A stretch of DNA of 64,000 nucleotides from Chloroflexota bacterium (GCA_018825785.1 JAHKAY010000007.1:35033-99032); one strand, 5' to 3'. Numbered from the stretch's first letter, positions 47,253 through 57,814 are shown. The notes: generated by a model not told the origin, from the sequence alone. Translations and numbers: made by a program.

Positions 47253-48554
47253 CTAGCCCGGCCTTACCTGACCCTGGCCGAATACTATCCACTTGTAGGT
47301 GGTGAGTTCTTTGAGGCCCATGGGGCCGCGGGCGTGGAGCTTCTGGGTGGAGATGCCCACCTCCGCCCCCAGGCCGAACTGCCCCCCGTCGGTGAACCGG
47401 GTGGAGGCGTTGACATAGACGCAGGCAGCATCTACCTCGTTAAGGAAGCGCTGGGCCGAGGTGTAGTCCTCGGTGATGATGGCCTCGGAGTGGCCGGAGC
47501 CGTATTTCTCTATGTGGGCCAGGGCCTCGTCCAGGCTTTCCACCACCTTCACCGCAGCGATTAGCGCCAGGAACTCCTTCCCCCAGTCCGACTCCTGGGC
47601 GGGGACCAGCTTCAGGCCGGGGACTGCCTCCAGGACGGCGAAGGCTGCGGGGTCGGCCCTTAGCTCCACGCCGGCTTTCCCCAGCTCTCTGGCCATGTGT
47701 GGGAGGAAGCTGGGAGCGATATCTTTGTGCACCAGCACGCAGTCCAGGGCGTTGCACACCGTGGGCCTCTGGACCTTGGCGTTATAGACGATGCTTGTCG
47801 CCATCTCCACACTGGCCGAGCCGTCCACATAGGTATGGCAGACGCCGATGCCACCGGCTACCACCGGCATGGCGGCGTTCTCCACCACATAGCGGATAAG
47901 GCCCTCCCCGCCGCGGGGAATCATCAGGTCAATATGCTCCCTCATCTTCAGCATATAGCCCACCAGGGCCCTGTCGGTGTTCTCAACGAACTGGACGGCC
48001 CCCGCGGGCACCCCCCCCGCCTCCGCCTCCTCCCTCACCAGCCGGGCCAGGGCGGAGCTGGAGCGCACCGCTTCCTTACCCCCCCTCAGGATGACGGCAT
48101 TGCCCGACTTGAGGCAGAGGACGGAGATGTCCACAGTGACATTGGGGCGGCTCTCGTAGATGGCCCCGATGACCCCCAGGGAGACCCTCTTCTTGCCCAC
48201 GATGAGGCCGTTGGGCAGGGTGCGCATATCAAAGACCTCGCCCACAGGGTCGGGGAGGGCTGCCACCGCCCGCACGTCCGAGGCCATGCCGGAGAGGCGC
48301 TGGGGGTTGAGGAGAAGCCGGTCCAGCATGGCCGGGGCCATCCCCGAGGCCCGTCCCTCCTCATAGTCCTGCTGGTTGGCCTTCAGCACCTCTTTCTGCC
48401 TTTTCTCCAGGGCCAAGGCGATATTGTTGAGGGCCCGGTTCTTTATCTCCGTGGAGAGCAGGGCCATCTTTTTTGAGGCGGCCCTGGCGGCCCTGGCCTT
48501 GGCCTCCAGCTCGGCTATGCCTGCGGTTGTCATCGTCCACCCCCTACTAAACAC
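47253..48554 (-). CDS. proA: Gamma-glutamyl phosphate reductase
   Basis: 433 aa aldehyde-dehydrogenase fold; ...ALNNIALALEKRQKEVLKANQQD... is the ProA N-terminus. Confidence 0.85.
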   Translation of the reverse strand: MFSRGWTMTTAGIAELEAKARAARAASKKMALLSTEIKNRALNNIALALEKRQKEVLKANQQDYEEGRASGMAPAMLDRLLLNPQRLSGMASDVRAVAALPDPVGEVFDMRTLPNGLIVGKKRVSLGVIGAIYESRPNVTVDISVLCLKSGNAVILRGGKEAVRSSSALARLVREEAEAGGVPAGAVQFVENTDRALVGYMLKMREHIDLMIPRGGEGLIRYVVENAAMPVVAGGIGVCHTYVDGSASVEMATSIVYNAKVQRPTVCNALDCVLVHKDIAPSFLPHMARELGKAGVELRADPAAFAVLEAVPGLKLVPAQESDWGKEFLALIAAVKVVESLDEALAHIEKYGSGHSEAIITEDYTSAQRFLNEVDAACVYVNASTRFTDGGQFGLGAEVGISTQKLHARGPMGLKELTTYKWIVFGQGQVRPG

Positions 48555-48604
48555 CTATTCTAGTTTCCCCACCCCTGCCAGTAAAGCCCTGTTATAATGG
48601 CGGC

Positions 48605-51322
48605 ATGAAAGGGCGGCTCCTCCTCTTTGACGGCCATGCCATCGCCCACCGGGCCTACCACGCCTTTGAGCGCAGCCCCGAGCGCCTGAGCACCAAGAAG
48701 GGCGAGGTGGTGAGCGCCGTCTATGGCTTCGCCCAGATGCTCCTCAAGGCCCTCAACGATTATAAACCTACCCACTATGCCATCGCCTTTGACCTCCCCA
48801 CCCCCACCTTCCGCCACCTGGCCTATGAGAAGTACAAGGCCCAGCGTCCCCCCGCGCCCGACGAGCTAAGACAGCAGTTTGTCCGCGTGAGACAGCTGGT
48901 GGACGCCTTCCGCATCCCCGTCTTTGAGGTGGCGGGCTATGAGGCCGACGATGTCATCGGCACCCTAACCCGCCAGGCAGGGGAAAAGGGCCTGGAAACC
49001 ATCATCGTCACCGGCGATGCCGACGCCATGCAGCTGGTATCCCCCACCGCGAAGGTCCTCTACCCCCGGCCCAGGGGCAGCTTCGGCGACGCGGTCCTCT
49101 TTGACGAGGCGGGGGTGGAGGCGAAATACCAGTTGGCCCCCTCCCATCTGGTTGACCTCAAGGCCCTGGCCGGGGATGTCTCCGACAACATCCCGGGGGT
49201 GCTTGGGGTGGGGGAAAAGACCGCCCTCAGGCTCATCCAGCAGTTCGGCAGCCTGGAGGGGGTCTATCAGCACCTGGACGAGGTGGCCCCCCCGAAGCTC
49301 CAGGAGACCCTCCGGCAGGGCCGGGAATTGGCCTTCAAGAGCCAGGAGCTGGCCACCATAGTCAGGGATTTGCCTATAGAGCTGGACCTCGAGGCCTGCT
49401 CGGTCAGGGCCTATGACCGGGCCCGGGTGGCGGAACTGTTCCGGGAGCTGGAATTCGTCAGGCTTCTTTCCATGCTGCCCCAGATAGTGGGGCCGGAGGC
49501 CATGCCCGCCGAGGTGAAGAAGCCCCAGGGCGAATACAGGGTGATAAACACTCTCCCCGCCCTGGAGGAACTGGCAGCCCGGCTGGAGGGGACCGAAACG
49601 CTGGCGGTGGACATAGAGGCAACCGGCAAAGAGGAGAGGGCGGCGGAGCTGGTGGGGATATCCCTGTCCTGGCGGCCGGGGGGGGCCTGCTACATCCCCC
49701 TGGGCCACCGCCTTCTGGGCCAGCCGGAACAGCTCCCCCTCCCCCTGGTGGCGGGAAAACTCCGCCCTGCCCTGGAGGCCCCGGGCCTGCCCAAGGTGGC
49801 CCACAACGGCAAATACGACATGACGGTCCTGGGCAAATACCAGGTGAGGGTGAAGCCCCTGGCCTTTGACACCATGGTGGCCGCCTGGCTCCTGGGGGAA
49901 AGGGCCGTTAATCTCAAGGCCCTGGCCTTCTCCCGCCTGGGGGTGGAGATGACACCCATCTCCGCCCTCATAGGCAGCGGGGCCAAGCAGATTTCCATGG
50001 CCCAGGTCCCCATGGAGCAGGTGGCCCCCTACGCCTGCGCCGACGCCGACTTCACCCTCCAGCTCAAGGCCGTCCTGGAAGAGCAACTGAAAAAGGAAGG
50101 GCTGGAAAAGCTCTTCTATGAGGTGGAGATGCCCCTGGTGCCCCTCCTTCTCAGGATGGAGCAGGCGGGGGTGGCCCTGGACCTCAATCTGATGAGGGAA
50201 ATCAAGCAGGCCATGGACCAGGAGGTCTTGCGCCTGGAGAAGGAGATATACCGGGTGGTGGGCCACACCTTCAACATCAACTCCACCCAGCAGCTGGGGC
50301 AGGTCCTCTTTGAGGAGCTGAAGCTCCCCCACTCCCGCCGGACCAAGACGGGCTATTCCACCGAGGCGGCGGTGTTGGAGGAGCTAAGGGATGTCCATCC
50401 CCTTGTCCCCCTTCTCCTGGACTACCGCCAGCTTATCAAGCTCAAGAACACCTACGTGGATGCCCTCCCCGCCCTGGTGAGCCCGGAGACGGGCCGCCTC
50501 CACACCAGCTACAACCAGACAGGTACCGTCACCGGACGCCTCTCATCAAGCGAGCCCAACTTGCAGAACATCCCGGTGCGGGGGGAGTGGGGGAGAAAAA
50601 TCCGCCAGGCCATCATCGCCGGGGACGGCCGTCTCCTCCTGTCAGCGGACTATTCCCAGATAGACCTGAGGGTGCTGGCGCATCTTTCCCAGGACCCCAG
50701 CCTGGTGGAGGCCTTCTTGAGGGACGAGGACATCCATACCGCCACCGCCGCCCAGGTCTTCGGCGTGGGGCTAAACGAGGTGACCCCCGATATGCGGCGG
50801 GTGGCCAAGACGGTGAACTTCGGGGTCATCTACGGCATGAGCGAGTATGGCCTGGAGCAGGCTACCGAGCTCTCCCGGGAGGAGGCAGCCAAATTCATCG
50901 CCGCCTACTTTGAGAAGTATCCCGGGGTCAACGCCTACCTGGAGGAGACAAAGGAGAAGGCCCGCAACCAGGGCTATGTGGAGACCGCCCTGGGACGCAG
51001 GCGCTATATCCCGGAGATTAACTCCCCCAACCGCCAGTTGAGGGAGTCGGCGGAGAGGATGGCCATCAACATGCCCGTCCAGGGCACCTCCGCCGACATC
51101 ATAAAGCTGGCCATGCTCTCCATCCAGAGGGAGATGGACCGCCGGGGCCTCAGGAGCTTCATGACCCTCCAGGTTCACGACGAGCTGGTCTTTGAGGTCT
51201 ACCCGGAGGAGCTGGAGGAACTCAAGGGCATCGTCAGGGAAATCATGCCCCGGTCCCTGGACCTGCGGGTCCCCCTCAAAGTGGACCTCAAGGTCGGCAA
51301 AAACTGGGGGGAGATGGAATGA
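48605..51322 (+). CDS. polA: DNA polymerase I
   Basis: 905 aa. N-terminal 5'-3' exonuclease LLLFDGHAIAHRAYHAF, C-terminal polymerase motifs DYSQIDLRVLAHLS and QVHDELVFE. TATAAT at 48588-48593 lies 11 nt before the ATG. Confidence 0.95.
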   Translation: MKGRLLLFDGHAIAHRAYHAFERSPERLSTKKGEVVSAVYGFAQMLLKALNDYKPTHYAIAFDLPTPTFRHLAYEKYKAQRPPAPDELRQQFVRVRQLVDAFRIPVFEVAGYEADDVIGTLTRQAGEKGLETIIVTGDADAMQLVSPTAKVLYPRPRGSFGDAVLFDEAGVEAKYQLAPSHLVDLKALAGDVSDNIPGVLGVGEKTALRLIQQFGSLEGVYQHLDEVAPPKLQETLRQGRELAFKSQELATIVRDLPIELDLEACSVRAYDRARVAELFRELEFVRLLSMLPQIVGPEAMPAEVKKPQGEYRVINTLPALEELAARLEGTETLAVDIEATGKEERAAELVGISLSWRPGGACYIPLGHRLLGQPEQLPLPLVAGKLRPALEAPGLPKVAHNGKYDMTVLGKYQVRVKPLAFDTMVAAWLLGERAVNLKALAFSRLGVEMTPISALIGSGAKQISMAQVPMEQVAPYACADADFTLQLKAVLEEQLKKEGLEKLFYEVEMPLVPLLLRMEQAGVALDLNLMREIKQAMDQEVLRLEKEIYRVVGHTFNINSTQQLGQVLFEELKLPHSRRTKTGYSTEAAVLEELRDVHPLVPLLLDYRQLIKLKNTYVDALPALVSPETGRLHTSYNQTGTVTGRLSSSEPNLQNIPVRGEWGRKIRQAIIAGDGRLLLSADYSQIDLRVLAHLSQDPSLVEAFLRDEDIHTATAAQVFGVGLNEVTPDMRRVAKTVNFGVIYGMSEYGLEQATELSREEAAKFIAAYFEKYPGVNAYLEETKEKARNQGYVETALGRRRYIPEINSPNRQLRESAERMAINMPVQGTSADIIKLAMLSIQREMDRRGLRSFMTLQVHDELVFEVYPEELEELKGIVREIMPRSLDLRVPLKVDLKVGKNWGEME

Positions 51323-51382
51323 AAAGGGAGGGGGTAACCGCGGAAGGCTCTGGCCGTTATAGGAGGGTGAAAGGAGTATAGT

Positions 51383-52336
51383 ATGTCCAGGAGACTAATG
51401 AGGGCACTGCTCGGATTTCTCTTGGTCTTGCCCCTGGTGGCGGCGATTGGGTGCGCTACTCCCCCGTCGCAACGGGCCCCTCTTCTCCCCCAGGGCTTTG
51501 ATGTCGCCCTCCTGCCCAATGTGGACATCCAGGGCTACATCTATGTGAACCAGCAAGCCCAGCTTTCTATCTCCGCCACCCTCTCGCCCGGGTTTCCTGC
51601 TGGCGTTGGTGTGAACTCGGCCAGTGGGTGGTTCGGGCCGAGTGTAGAAGCCTTCGGGGCTGCTCTTGACATGCGGAGGGAGACCGAGGCGCAGCTTCTG
51701 TCCGGGCTGCGGACCCTGGGGGCCTTGCCTTTATGGGCCCTGGCCTCAGGGCGCCGGGTGTTCCTGGCGGCGGGCTCGGGGGTGTGGACGGAGAATCTGA
51801 AGGCTGCCCTCTTTACCCAGAGGATGAGCCCCCTGGCCACCAAATATCCTGCCATCTGGGGGGATTTTGCCTACTTTCCCGGCAGTCCCCCGGCCAGACC
51901 GGTTGGGGGAGGCTTTTTGAGAATCGACGGCGAACTGGTAGGGTCCCTGGGTCCGGCGCTGGGCTTCCCTGTTGCCACCCTTACCCAGCCCCTCCTGGCC
52001 GCAGGTATCAGCTATGCCCCCTTCCTTCTCTACGCCGACGGGCCCATTGAGCTCCCTGAAAGGATTGACGGCGACCTATTCAAGAGGGTGGGCCTGCGGG
52101 CCCTGGTGGTCGGTCACTCCGGCTATCCCCCCCTCCTGTTTACCCTGGGGTTCAATTCATTCGTCCAGCAGGCAGGCCTGAGCAGGACCACGGTGAGAGG
52201 CATGGACATCTATACCTATCCAGCTCCGGCCCCCGGCATTGAGATGCTCCTGGGGCGTAAGGAGAACCTGCTCTACATCTCCATTGCCCCCACCAGAGAG
52301 ATGGCGGAGGGGCTCCTTTTGAGCGCCCTGGAGTGA
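51383..52336 (+). CDS. Hypothetical lipoprotein (317 aa)
   Basis: Signal peptide with lipobox AAIGC. Confidence 0.5.
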   Translation: MSRRLMRALLGFLLVLPLVAAIGCATPPSQRAPLLPQGFDVALLPNVDIQGYIYVNQQAQLSISATLSPGFPAGVGVNSASGWFGPSVEAFGAALDMRRETEAQLLSGLRTLGALPLWALASGRRVFLAAGSGVWTENLKAALFTQRMSPLATKYPAIWGDFAYFPGSPPARPVGGGFLRIDGELVGSLGPALGFPVATLTQPLLAAGISYAPFLLYADGPIELPERIDGDLFKRVGLRALVVGHSGYPPLLFTLGFNSFVQQAGLSRTTVRGMDIYTYPAPAPGIEMLLGRKENLLYISIAPTREMAEGLLLSALE

Positions 52337-52352
52337 GGCCTGAAGGACCGGG

Positions 52353-53162
52353 TTGCCCGAACTCCCTGAGGTAGAGACCATCAAGGAGGGCCTGCGCCCT
52401 AGGCTGGCAGGCCAGAGAATCACCGCGGTGGAAGTGTTGCGGGCGGGGGCAGTGAAGGCCCCCCATGCCGAGGACTTCTGCCGGGGCCTGGCGGGGAACC
52501 GTATTCTGCGGGTGGAGAGGAGGGGCAAATACCTTCTTTTCCCCCTGGAGGATGGCAGGTATCTTATTGTCCACCTCAGAATGACCGGTGTCCTCATCTG
52601 GGACGGGGGGGACGTTCCCTATGTCTCAGTCCGGTTCTATCTGGAGGGAGGCCACCGTCTGGTCTTCCAGGACCGCCGCCGGCTGGGGGCCCTCTGGCTG
52701 GTGGCAGACACAAACACAGTAGTCGGGGGCCTGGGCCCCGAGCCCCTGGGGCCGGAGTTCACCCTGGAGGCTTTCAGGGAGAGGCTAAGAAAGCGCTCGG
52801 CCCCCGTCAAGGCCCTCCTCCTGGACCAGCACTTTCTGGCGGGCCTGGGGAATATGTATGCCGATGAGGCCCTCTTCCAGGCCAGGGTCCACCCCTTGAA
52901 AAAGGCCCAAGCTCTCTCCCAGGCCGGGACCGCCGGGCTTCACCGGGCCATAAAAGAAGTCCTCAGCAGAGGCATTGCTTTGAAGGGGGCCAGCGTGGAC
53001 ACCTATCGCCTGCCCGACGGGGGCAAAGGGGGTGCCCATCTAGTCTTCCAGGTGGCCCACCGGCGGGGCCTCCCCTGCCCCGTCTGCTCCACCCTCATCC
53101 AGAGAATCTCGCTGAGGGGGCGGGGGGCCTACTTCTGCCCTAGCTGCCAGGGCCTTCCTTAA
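52353..53162 (+). CDS. mutM: Formamidopyrimidine-DNA glycosylase
   Basis: PELPEVETIKEGL (N-terminal catalytic Pro2), C-terminal zinc finger CPVCSTLIQRISLRGRGAYFCPSCQ. TTG start. Confidence 0.9.
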   Translation: MPELPEVETIKEGLRPRLAGQRITAVEVLRAGAVKAPHAEDFCRGLAGNRILRVERRGKYLLFPLEDGRYLIVHLRMTGVLIWDGGDVPYVSVRFYLEGGHRLVFQDRRRLGALWLVADTNTVVGGLGPEPLGPEFTLEAFRERLRKRSAPVKALLLDQHFLAGLGNMYADEALFQARVHPLKKAQALSQAGTAGLHRAIKEVLSRGIALKGASVDTYRLPDGGKGGAHLVFQVAHRRGLPCPVCSTLIQRISLRGRGAYFCPSCQGLP

Positions 53163-53757
53163 GCCTTAGCAAGGTCCGGCGGGCCAGCTCCCAGGAGAAG
53201 CCCCGCCTCAGGAGATAGGACAGCATCCTCTTCGTGAAGGTCTCCTCGTCCAGGCCCTTGAGGCTCTTGGCCTTTTTTCTGGCGGCGCGGAGAGCTGATT
53301 CATCCTCGTCCAGGCCCTGGACAGTCTCCCGGGCCAGCTCCGGGTCTATCCCCTTCCGCAGTAGCTCCTGCTGAATGAGCCTTTTGCTCCTGGGGGAGGC
53401 TGTTTCCCGCCCCTCCTTCCAGAAGCGGGCGAAGGCCCCCTCGTCCAGGAGGCCCTTGCCCTTGAGGCGGGCTATGGTCTCCTCCACGGTGTCGGGGGGG
53501 AACCCGTGGCGGCCCAGCCTTTCCCGCACCTCCTTCTCGCTGCGGGGACGGTAGGAGAGAAGGCGCAGGGAGAAGTCCCGGGCCTGCTCCACGGTATCCT
53601 TCCTGGTGAGGGCCTCGACCTGTTCCGGCGAGAGCTCCTTTCCTACCTCCAGGCCCTGGGCTGCCTCTTTTGCCAGGGCGAAGGCGAAACGGCCGTCAAG
53701 GAAAAGGTTAACCCTCTTGCCCCTCTTCTGGGGCCGGATGGCGGTGATGGTGGGCAT
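53140..53757 (-). CDS. recX: RecA regulator RecX
   Basis: 205 aa with a three-fold helical repeat. Immediately downstream of recA. Confidence 0.8.
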   Translation of the reverse strand: MPTITAIRPQKRGKRVNLFLDGRFAFALAKEAAQGLEVGKELSPEQVEALTRKDTVEQARDFSLRLLSYRPRSEKEVRERLGRHGFPPDTVEETIARLKGKGLLDEGAFARFWKEGRETASPRSKRLIQQELLRKGIDPELARETVQGLDEDESALRAARKKAKSLKGLDEETFTKRMLSYLLRRGFSWELARRTLLRLKEGPGS

Positions 53758-53762
53758 GGGAC

Positions 53763-54809
53763 CTACTGGTCTGTCTGGGACTCTTCTTTGAGGAGGCTCT
53801 GGGGGGTTGAGGAGGTGCGGAGCTTCTTTTCCAGCTCCTGGGCCAGGGGGGGGTGCTCGCGGACGAAATCCTTGGCGTTCTCCCGCCCCTGCCCCAGGCG
53901 GATATCGCCGTAGGAGTAGAAGGCCCCCTGCTTTTTGATGAGGCCCACCTCCACCCCCAGGTCCAGGATGTCCCCCTCCTTGCTGATGCCCCGGTCAAAC
54001 ATTATGTCAAACTCGGCGGTGCGGAAGGGCGGGGCCACCTTGTTCTTCACCACCTTGGCCCGGACGCGGTTCCCCACCACCTCAGTCCCCACCTTGATGG
54101 CCTCCAGCCGCCTCAGGTCAATGCGGACAGAGGCGTAGAACTTCAGAGCCCTCCCCCCGGGGGTTACCTCGGGGTTGCCGAAGAAGACCCCCACCTTTTC
54201 CCGGAGTTGGTTGATGAAGATGACTGAGGTGTGGGACCGGGCGATGGCGGCGGAGAGCTTCCTCAAGGCCTGGGACATGAGGCGGGCCTGGAGGCCCACA
54301 TAGGCGTCGCCCATGTCTCCCTCCAGCTCCACCCGGGGGACCAGGGCGGCCACGCTGTCAATAACGACGACATCCACCGCCCCGCTTCTCACCAGGGCCT
54401 CGCATATCTCCAGGGCCTCCTCCCCGGTATCGGGCTGGGAGATGAGGAGCTCATCCACGTTGACCCCGCAGTGGGCGGCATAGGTGGGGTCCAGGGCGTG
54501 CTCGGCGTCAATGTAGGCGGCCGTGCCCCCCGCTTTCTGGGCCTCGGCGATGATGTGCTGGGCCAGGGTGGACTTGCCCGAGGCCTCGGGGCCGAAGATT
54601 TCGGTGACCCTGCCCCTGGGGATTCCTCTCACGCCCAGGGCCAGGTCCAGGGCCGGGGAGCCGGTGGGGATGACCTCCACGGCCATACTGGCCTGGGCCT
54701 CCCCCAGGCGCATGATGGCCCCCCGCCCGAACTGCTTCTCAATCTGGGCCAGGGCCAACTCCAGTGCCTTTTCCTTCTCGTCCTTCTCGGGCTTCACTTT
54801 ATGTATCAT
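53763..54809 (-). CDS. recA: Recombinase RecA
   Basis: ATG at 54809: [37 protein letters not shown]...[16 protein letters not shown]. The track ORF has a spurious 67-codon 5' extension. Confidence 0.95.
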   Translation of the reverse strand: MIHKVKPEKDEKEKALELALAQIEKQFGRGAIMRLGEAQASMAVEVIPTGSPALDLALGVRGIPRGRVTEIFGPEASGKSTLAQHIIAEAQKAGGTAAYIDAEHALDPTYAAHCGVNVDELLISQPDTGEEALEICEALVRSGAVDVVVIDSVAALVPRVELEGDMGDAYVGLQARLMSQALRKLSAAIARSHTSVIFINQLREKVGVFFGNPEVTPGGRALKFYASVRIDLRRLEAIKVGTEVVGNRVRAKVVKNKVAPPFRTAEFDIMFDRGISKEGDILDLGVEVGLIKKQGAFYSYGDIRLGQGRENAKDFVREHPPLAQELEKKLRTSSTPQSLLKEESQTDQ

Positions 54810-54850
54810 ATCACTGACCGGTACCCAATGAAAGGGGCAAATGGCACACT

Positions 54851-55657
54851 TCAGGCCACGATATCCCGCCTCCGGAAGACGGACAGGGAGAGGGCGAGGC
54901 AGATTAGGGCCAGGCCCCAGAATATCCCCAGGCCCCACCAGTCCGGCTGGCCAGTGCGCATGATGGGCTCCGGCGAAAAGTAGTGGAACAGGGAAAACCG
55001 GCCCGCCCAAGTGTAGCCCTTCAGGGCAGGGGCGACGAAATTGAGGATGTAGAAGGCCGCAGTGATGGTCCCCGAAAGAAGCAGGGTCCTCCTCGGGTCC
55101 AGGGTGAGGCAGGAGAGGAGAAGAGAGTAGCTCCCCACCGCCAGGACGAGGGAAACCCCCTGGAACAGGGCCAGCGCGGTGTTCCCCAGGCTCATCGTTT
55201 CATCAAATACGGCCATTCCAGCCAGAAAGCCCAGGAAACTGCCCATGGCGATAATCCCCACCCCCGCCAGGAAGACGGCGAACTTGCTCAGCACCAGGCG
55301 GGTGCGGGAGAGGGGCTGGGCCAGGATGAGGTCCATGGTCCCCCGCTCCACCTCCCGGGCTACAATCCCCCCGGCAGCGAAGATGGCGTAGATGACCACG
55401 ACAGCCGCCCAGCTACTCAGGAACTCCGCCGCCACAAAGGCCTCCAGGGAAAGGCCTATGCCCGAGGGCAGGTCCTGGAGCCCCGCCATGGCCTTAATGC
55501 TCTCGGGCATCTTCTCAAACATCTGCTCGTATCCCGCTTCCTTCATGACGGGGTACAGGTAGAAAACAAGCAGGGCATAGAGGCCCATGAGGCCGGACCA
55601 GGCCACCAGGCCCCACCGGGCCGCCCTGAGGTGGCTGAGGAAGAGGTGCGGGCTCAT
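54851..55657 (-). CDS. ABC-2 family transporter permease
   Basis: 268 aa, 6 predicted TM helices. 4-nt overlap with the upstream ATPase gene. Confidence 0.7.
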   Translation of the reverse strand: MSPHLFLSHLRAARWGLVAWSGLMGLYALLVFYLYPVMKEAGYEQMFEKMPESIKAMAGLQDLPSGIGLSLEAFVAAEFLSSWAAVVVIYAIFAAGGIVAREVERGTMDLILAQPLSRTRLVLSKFAVFLAGVGIIAMGSFLGFLAGMAVFDETMSLGNTALALFQGVSLVLAVGSYSLLLSCLTLDPRRTLLLSGTITAAFYILNFVAPALKGYTWAGRFSLFHYFSPEPIMRTGQPDWWGLGIFWGLALICLALSLSVFRRRDIVA

Positions 55658-56535
55658 CCCGTCTCCTTCTTGTAGAACTTCATGAAGGTGTCCTCCAGGG
55701 AGGCCTCCGCGAAGACCATCTCCTCCACCGGCAGGCGGGAAAGCCAGGGCAGGAGCCTGTCTATATGGCCGTGGACCGCCAGCTCCAGGTGTTTCCCCTG
55801 GCGGGAGAGGACCTCTACCCCCTCCGTCTCCAGGGCCTGGGCCGGGACCTCCTCCCTGAGCCAGAGCTGGAGCCGGCGGACCTTCTTCAGCTTCAATGCC
55901 CCCACTTCCTCCACCGCCGCCAGGTGCCCCTCCCGGACTATGCCCACACGGTCGGCCACCCTTTCCACCTCGGGGAGGATGTGGGAGGAGAGGAAGACGG
56001 TCTTACCCCGGCCCTTCTCCTCCATGAGCAGGGTGTAGAACTCCCTCTGCACCAGGGGGTCCAGGCCCAGGGTAGGCTCATCCAGGATGAGGAGGTCCGG
56101 GTCATGCCTCAGCGCCTGGATGACCGCCAGCTTCTGCTTCATCCCTCGGGAGTAGCCCCTGATGGGCCGCTTAAGGTCCAGGTCCAGGCACCGGGCCAGG
56201 TAATCCTGCCTTTCCCGGAAGTCGCCCCGGTGGAAACGGCCCAGGAGGCCCAGGAGCTCCCCCCCTGTCATCCCCTCGTAGAAGGCCACCTCCCCGGGCA
56301 CATAGCCGATGCGCTGGCGCGCCTCTATGGAACCGGCCTCCTGGCCCAGGACTTCGGCCCGGCCCCGGGTGGGGTGGAGGAGCCCCAGGAGGAGGCGGAT
56401 GGCAGTGGTCTTCCCCGCCCCATTGGGCCCCAGGAAGCCGAAGATTTCACCTTTTCGGACCTCCAGGTCCAGATTCTCAATGCCTCTCACCCGGCCGTAG
56501 AACTTGGTCAGGCCGGAAGTCATGATAACGGCCAT
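55654..56535 (-). CDS. ABC transporter ATP-binding protein
   Basis: GFLGPNGAGKTT Walker A, LSGGMKQKL-like signature (YSRGMKQKLAV), LILDEPT Walker B. Confidence 0.9.
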   Translation of the reverse strand: MAVIMTSGLTKFYGRVRGIENLDLEVRKGEIFGFLGPNGAGKTTAIRLLLGLLHPTRGRAEVLGQEAGSIEARQRIGYVPGEVAFYEGMTGGELLGLLGRFHRGDFRERQDYLARCLDLDLKRPIRGYSRGMKQKLAVIQALRHDPDLLILDEPTLGLDPLVQREFYTLLMEEKGRGKTVFLSSHILPEVERVADRVGIVREGHLAAVEEVGALKLKKVRRLQLWLREEVPAQALETEGVEVLSRQGKHLELAVHGHIDRLLPWLSRLPVEEMVFAEASLEDTFMKFYKKETG

Positions 56536-56599
56536 ATTTCGTCATACTATACCACATTTTCAGCCTCAGCTTGACCTATCCCAGCCGCCCGGTTTCATA

Positions 56600-56720
56600 A
56601 TGGGAGCGGCCAGGGAGAGCCTTGCCCTCCCTGGCGGGGGTTTCAGGGGGCGCCCCCCCTGAAACTCAAATACCCCCCCTCTCCCGGGGGGGGGAGGGGG
56701 CCGGGGGGGGAGGGCCTCTT
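56600..56720. promoter_or_regulatory. Divergent intergenic region with a 9-bp-arm hairpin, a 12-bp-arm perfect palindrome, and G9/G5/G8 and C7/C7 homopolymer tracts
   Basis: Hairpin gccagggag..ctccctggc at 56610-56636. Palindrome gtttcagggggCGccccccctgaaac at 56640-56665. C7 at 56653-56659 and 56674-56680, G9 at 56686-56694, G5 at 56696-56700, G8 at 56703-56710. Downstream, TTGACA (56738-56743)-N17-TAGACT is a candidate cobO promoter. Confidence 0.5.
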
Positions 56721-56802
56721 ACCCAGATTGGCCTGCCTTGACACTGAAGTCCCTACCCTATAGACTGGGGAACCGCCAGGCAGTTTTTCCCCGGGAGGTG
56801 GG

Positions 56803-57333
56803 TTGAACGACGAGTCGCGGGGGCTGGTGACGGTCTTCACCGGAAACGGGAAAGGCAAGACCTCGGCAGCCCTGGGCATCGCCCTGAGGGCCCTGGGACA
56901 CGGGCTGAAGGTCCGCATTATCGCCTTTATGAAGGGGGACTTCTCTTACGGGGAAGACAGGGCCCTGGAGAAACTGCCCAACATCAGCCTGGAGCGCTTT
57001 GGCCCCCCTCGTTTCTGTGACCCAGAAAATATCAGCGAGGAGGATAGGGCCGAGGCCCAACGGGCCCTCCAGGCCGCCCGGGAGGCCCTCAGCCGGAGGG
57101 AGTATGATGTGGTGGTGTTGGACGAGGTGAATGTGGCCACCGCCTGGGGCCTTATCCCTGTAGAGGAGGTGCTGGAGCTGGTGAAGAAAAAGCCCCCCCA
57201 GGTGGACCTGGTCCTCACCGGCCGCTATGCCGATGCCCGGCTTATTGACCTGGCCGACATAGTAACCGAGATGGTAGAGGTAAAGCACCCCTTCCGCCAG
57301 GGCACAAAAGCCCGGCGGGGGGTTGATTACTAG
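56803..57333 (+). CDS. cobO: Cob(I)yrinic acid a,c-diamide / cob(I)alamin adenosyltransferase (CobO/BtuR family)
   Basis: VFTGNGKGKTSAALGIALRALGHG P-loop; VVVLDEVNVA...LVLTGR. Confidence 0.8.
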   Translation: MNDESRGLVTVFTGNGKGKTSAALGIALRALGHGLKVRIIAFMKGDFSYGEDRALEKLPNISLERFGPPRFCDPENISEEDRAEAQRALQAAREALSRREYDVVVLDEVNVATAWGLIPVEEVLELVKKKPPQVDLVLTGRYADARLIDLADIVTEMVEVKHPFRQGTKARRGVDY

Positions 57334-57814
57334 GCGCATGGGGCTGGAGGAACACCTGGGGGCGGGGGAAACGGTCCTGGGCCGGGCAGGGTGCTTTCAT
57401 GCCACGGAGAAACGGCTCATCCGCTATGATAAGTGGTTGTTCTATGAGGAGATGCAAGACTTGGTATACGCCCATCTAGCCTCCCTGTCCCTGGTGAAAC
57501 ATCCCAGGGCCATTATCGGCTATGCGGGTGGTGCCCTCCATGGCCTGGGGGTGGCTGGCCTTCTGGCCAGGCTCTTTTTAGAGCTGGTATATCCTCGGGT
57601 GGCCCTCCCCTCAGCCCCTTTTATCATAGTCTTACTCCTGGGGGCAGCCCTGTTGGCACTGTGGCTGCTCCTACCCCGCAGGTACTACCAGGTGAGGGCA
57701 GTGTGGTTCAGGGAAAAGGATGACTCCCGGTGGCAGATTGGGCGGGTGAAGTCGGCCGATACCCGCCGCCTGGTAGCCCAGGTGCGGGAGCTGTGGCTCA
57801 AGGGGAAAGGATAA
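57323..57814 (+). CDS. Hypothetical membrane protein (163 aa)
   Basis: Two hydrophobic helices. Overlaps the cobO end. Confidence 0.45.
   Translation: MITRRMGLEEHLGAGETVLGRAGCFHATEKRLIRYDKWLFYEEMQDLVYAHLASLSLVKHPRAIIGYAGGALHGLGVAGLLARLFLELVYPRVALPSAPFIIVLLLGAALLALWLLLPRRYYQVRAVWFREKDDSRWQIGRVKSADTRRLVAQVRELWLKGKG

Noticed and set aside
54810-55010. 5' extensions of track ORFs for recA (MGGPVFPV...), VanZ-like (26095-26307) and the GltD-like fusion (29679-29999)
   Set aside because: The extensions are low-complexity and overlap upstream genes. Internal ATGs give canonical N-termini (MIHKVK..., MKRKMV..., MRPMVQPPC...), two of them with ATGA coupling to the upstream stop.
56536-56802. Possible cobalamin riboswitch upstream of cobO
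   Set aside because: The context (B12 adenosyltransferase) invites it. However, I find no B12 box (GCCACTG) or the conserved GGGAA...GGTGAAA core on either strand. The structured elements are better described as palindromes and homopolymers.
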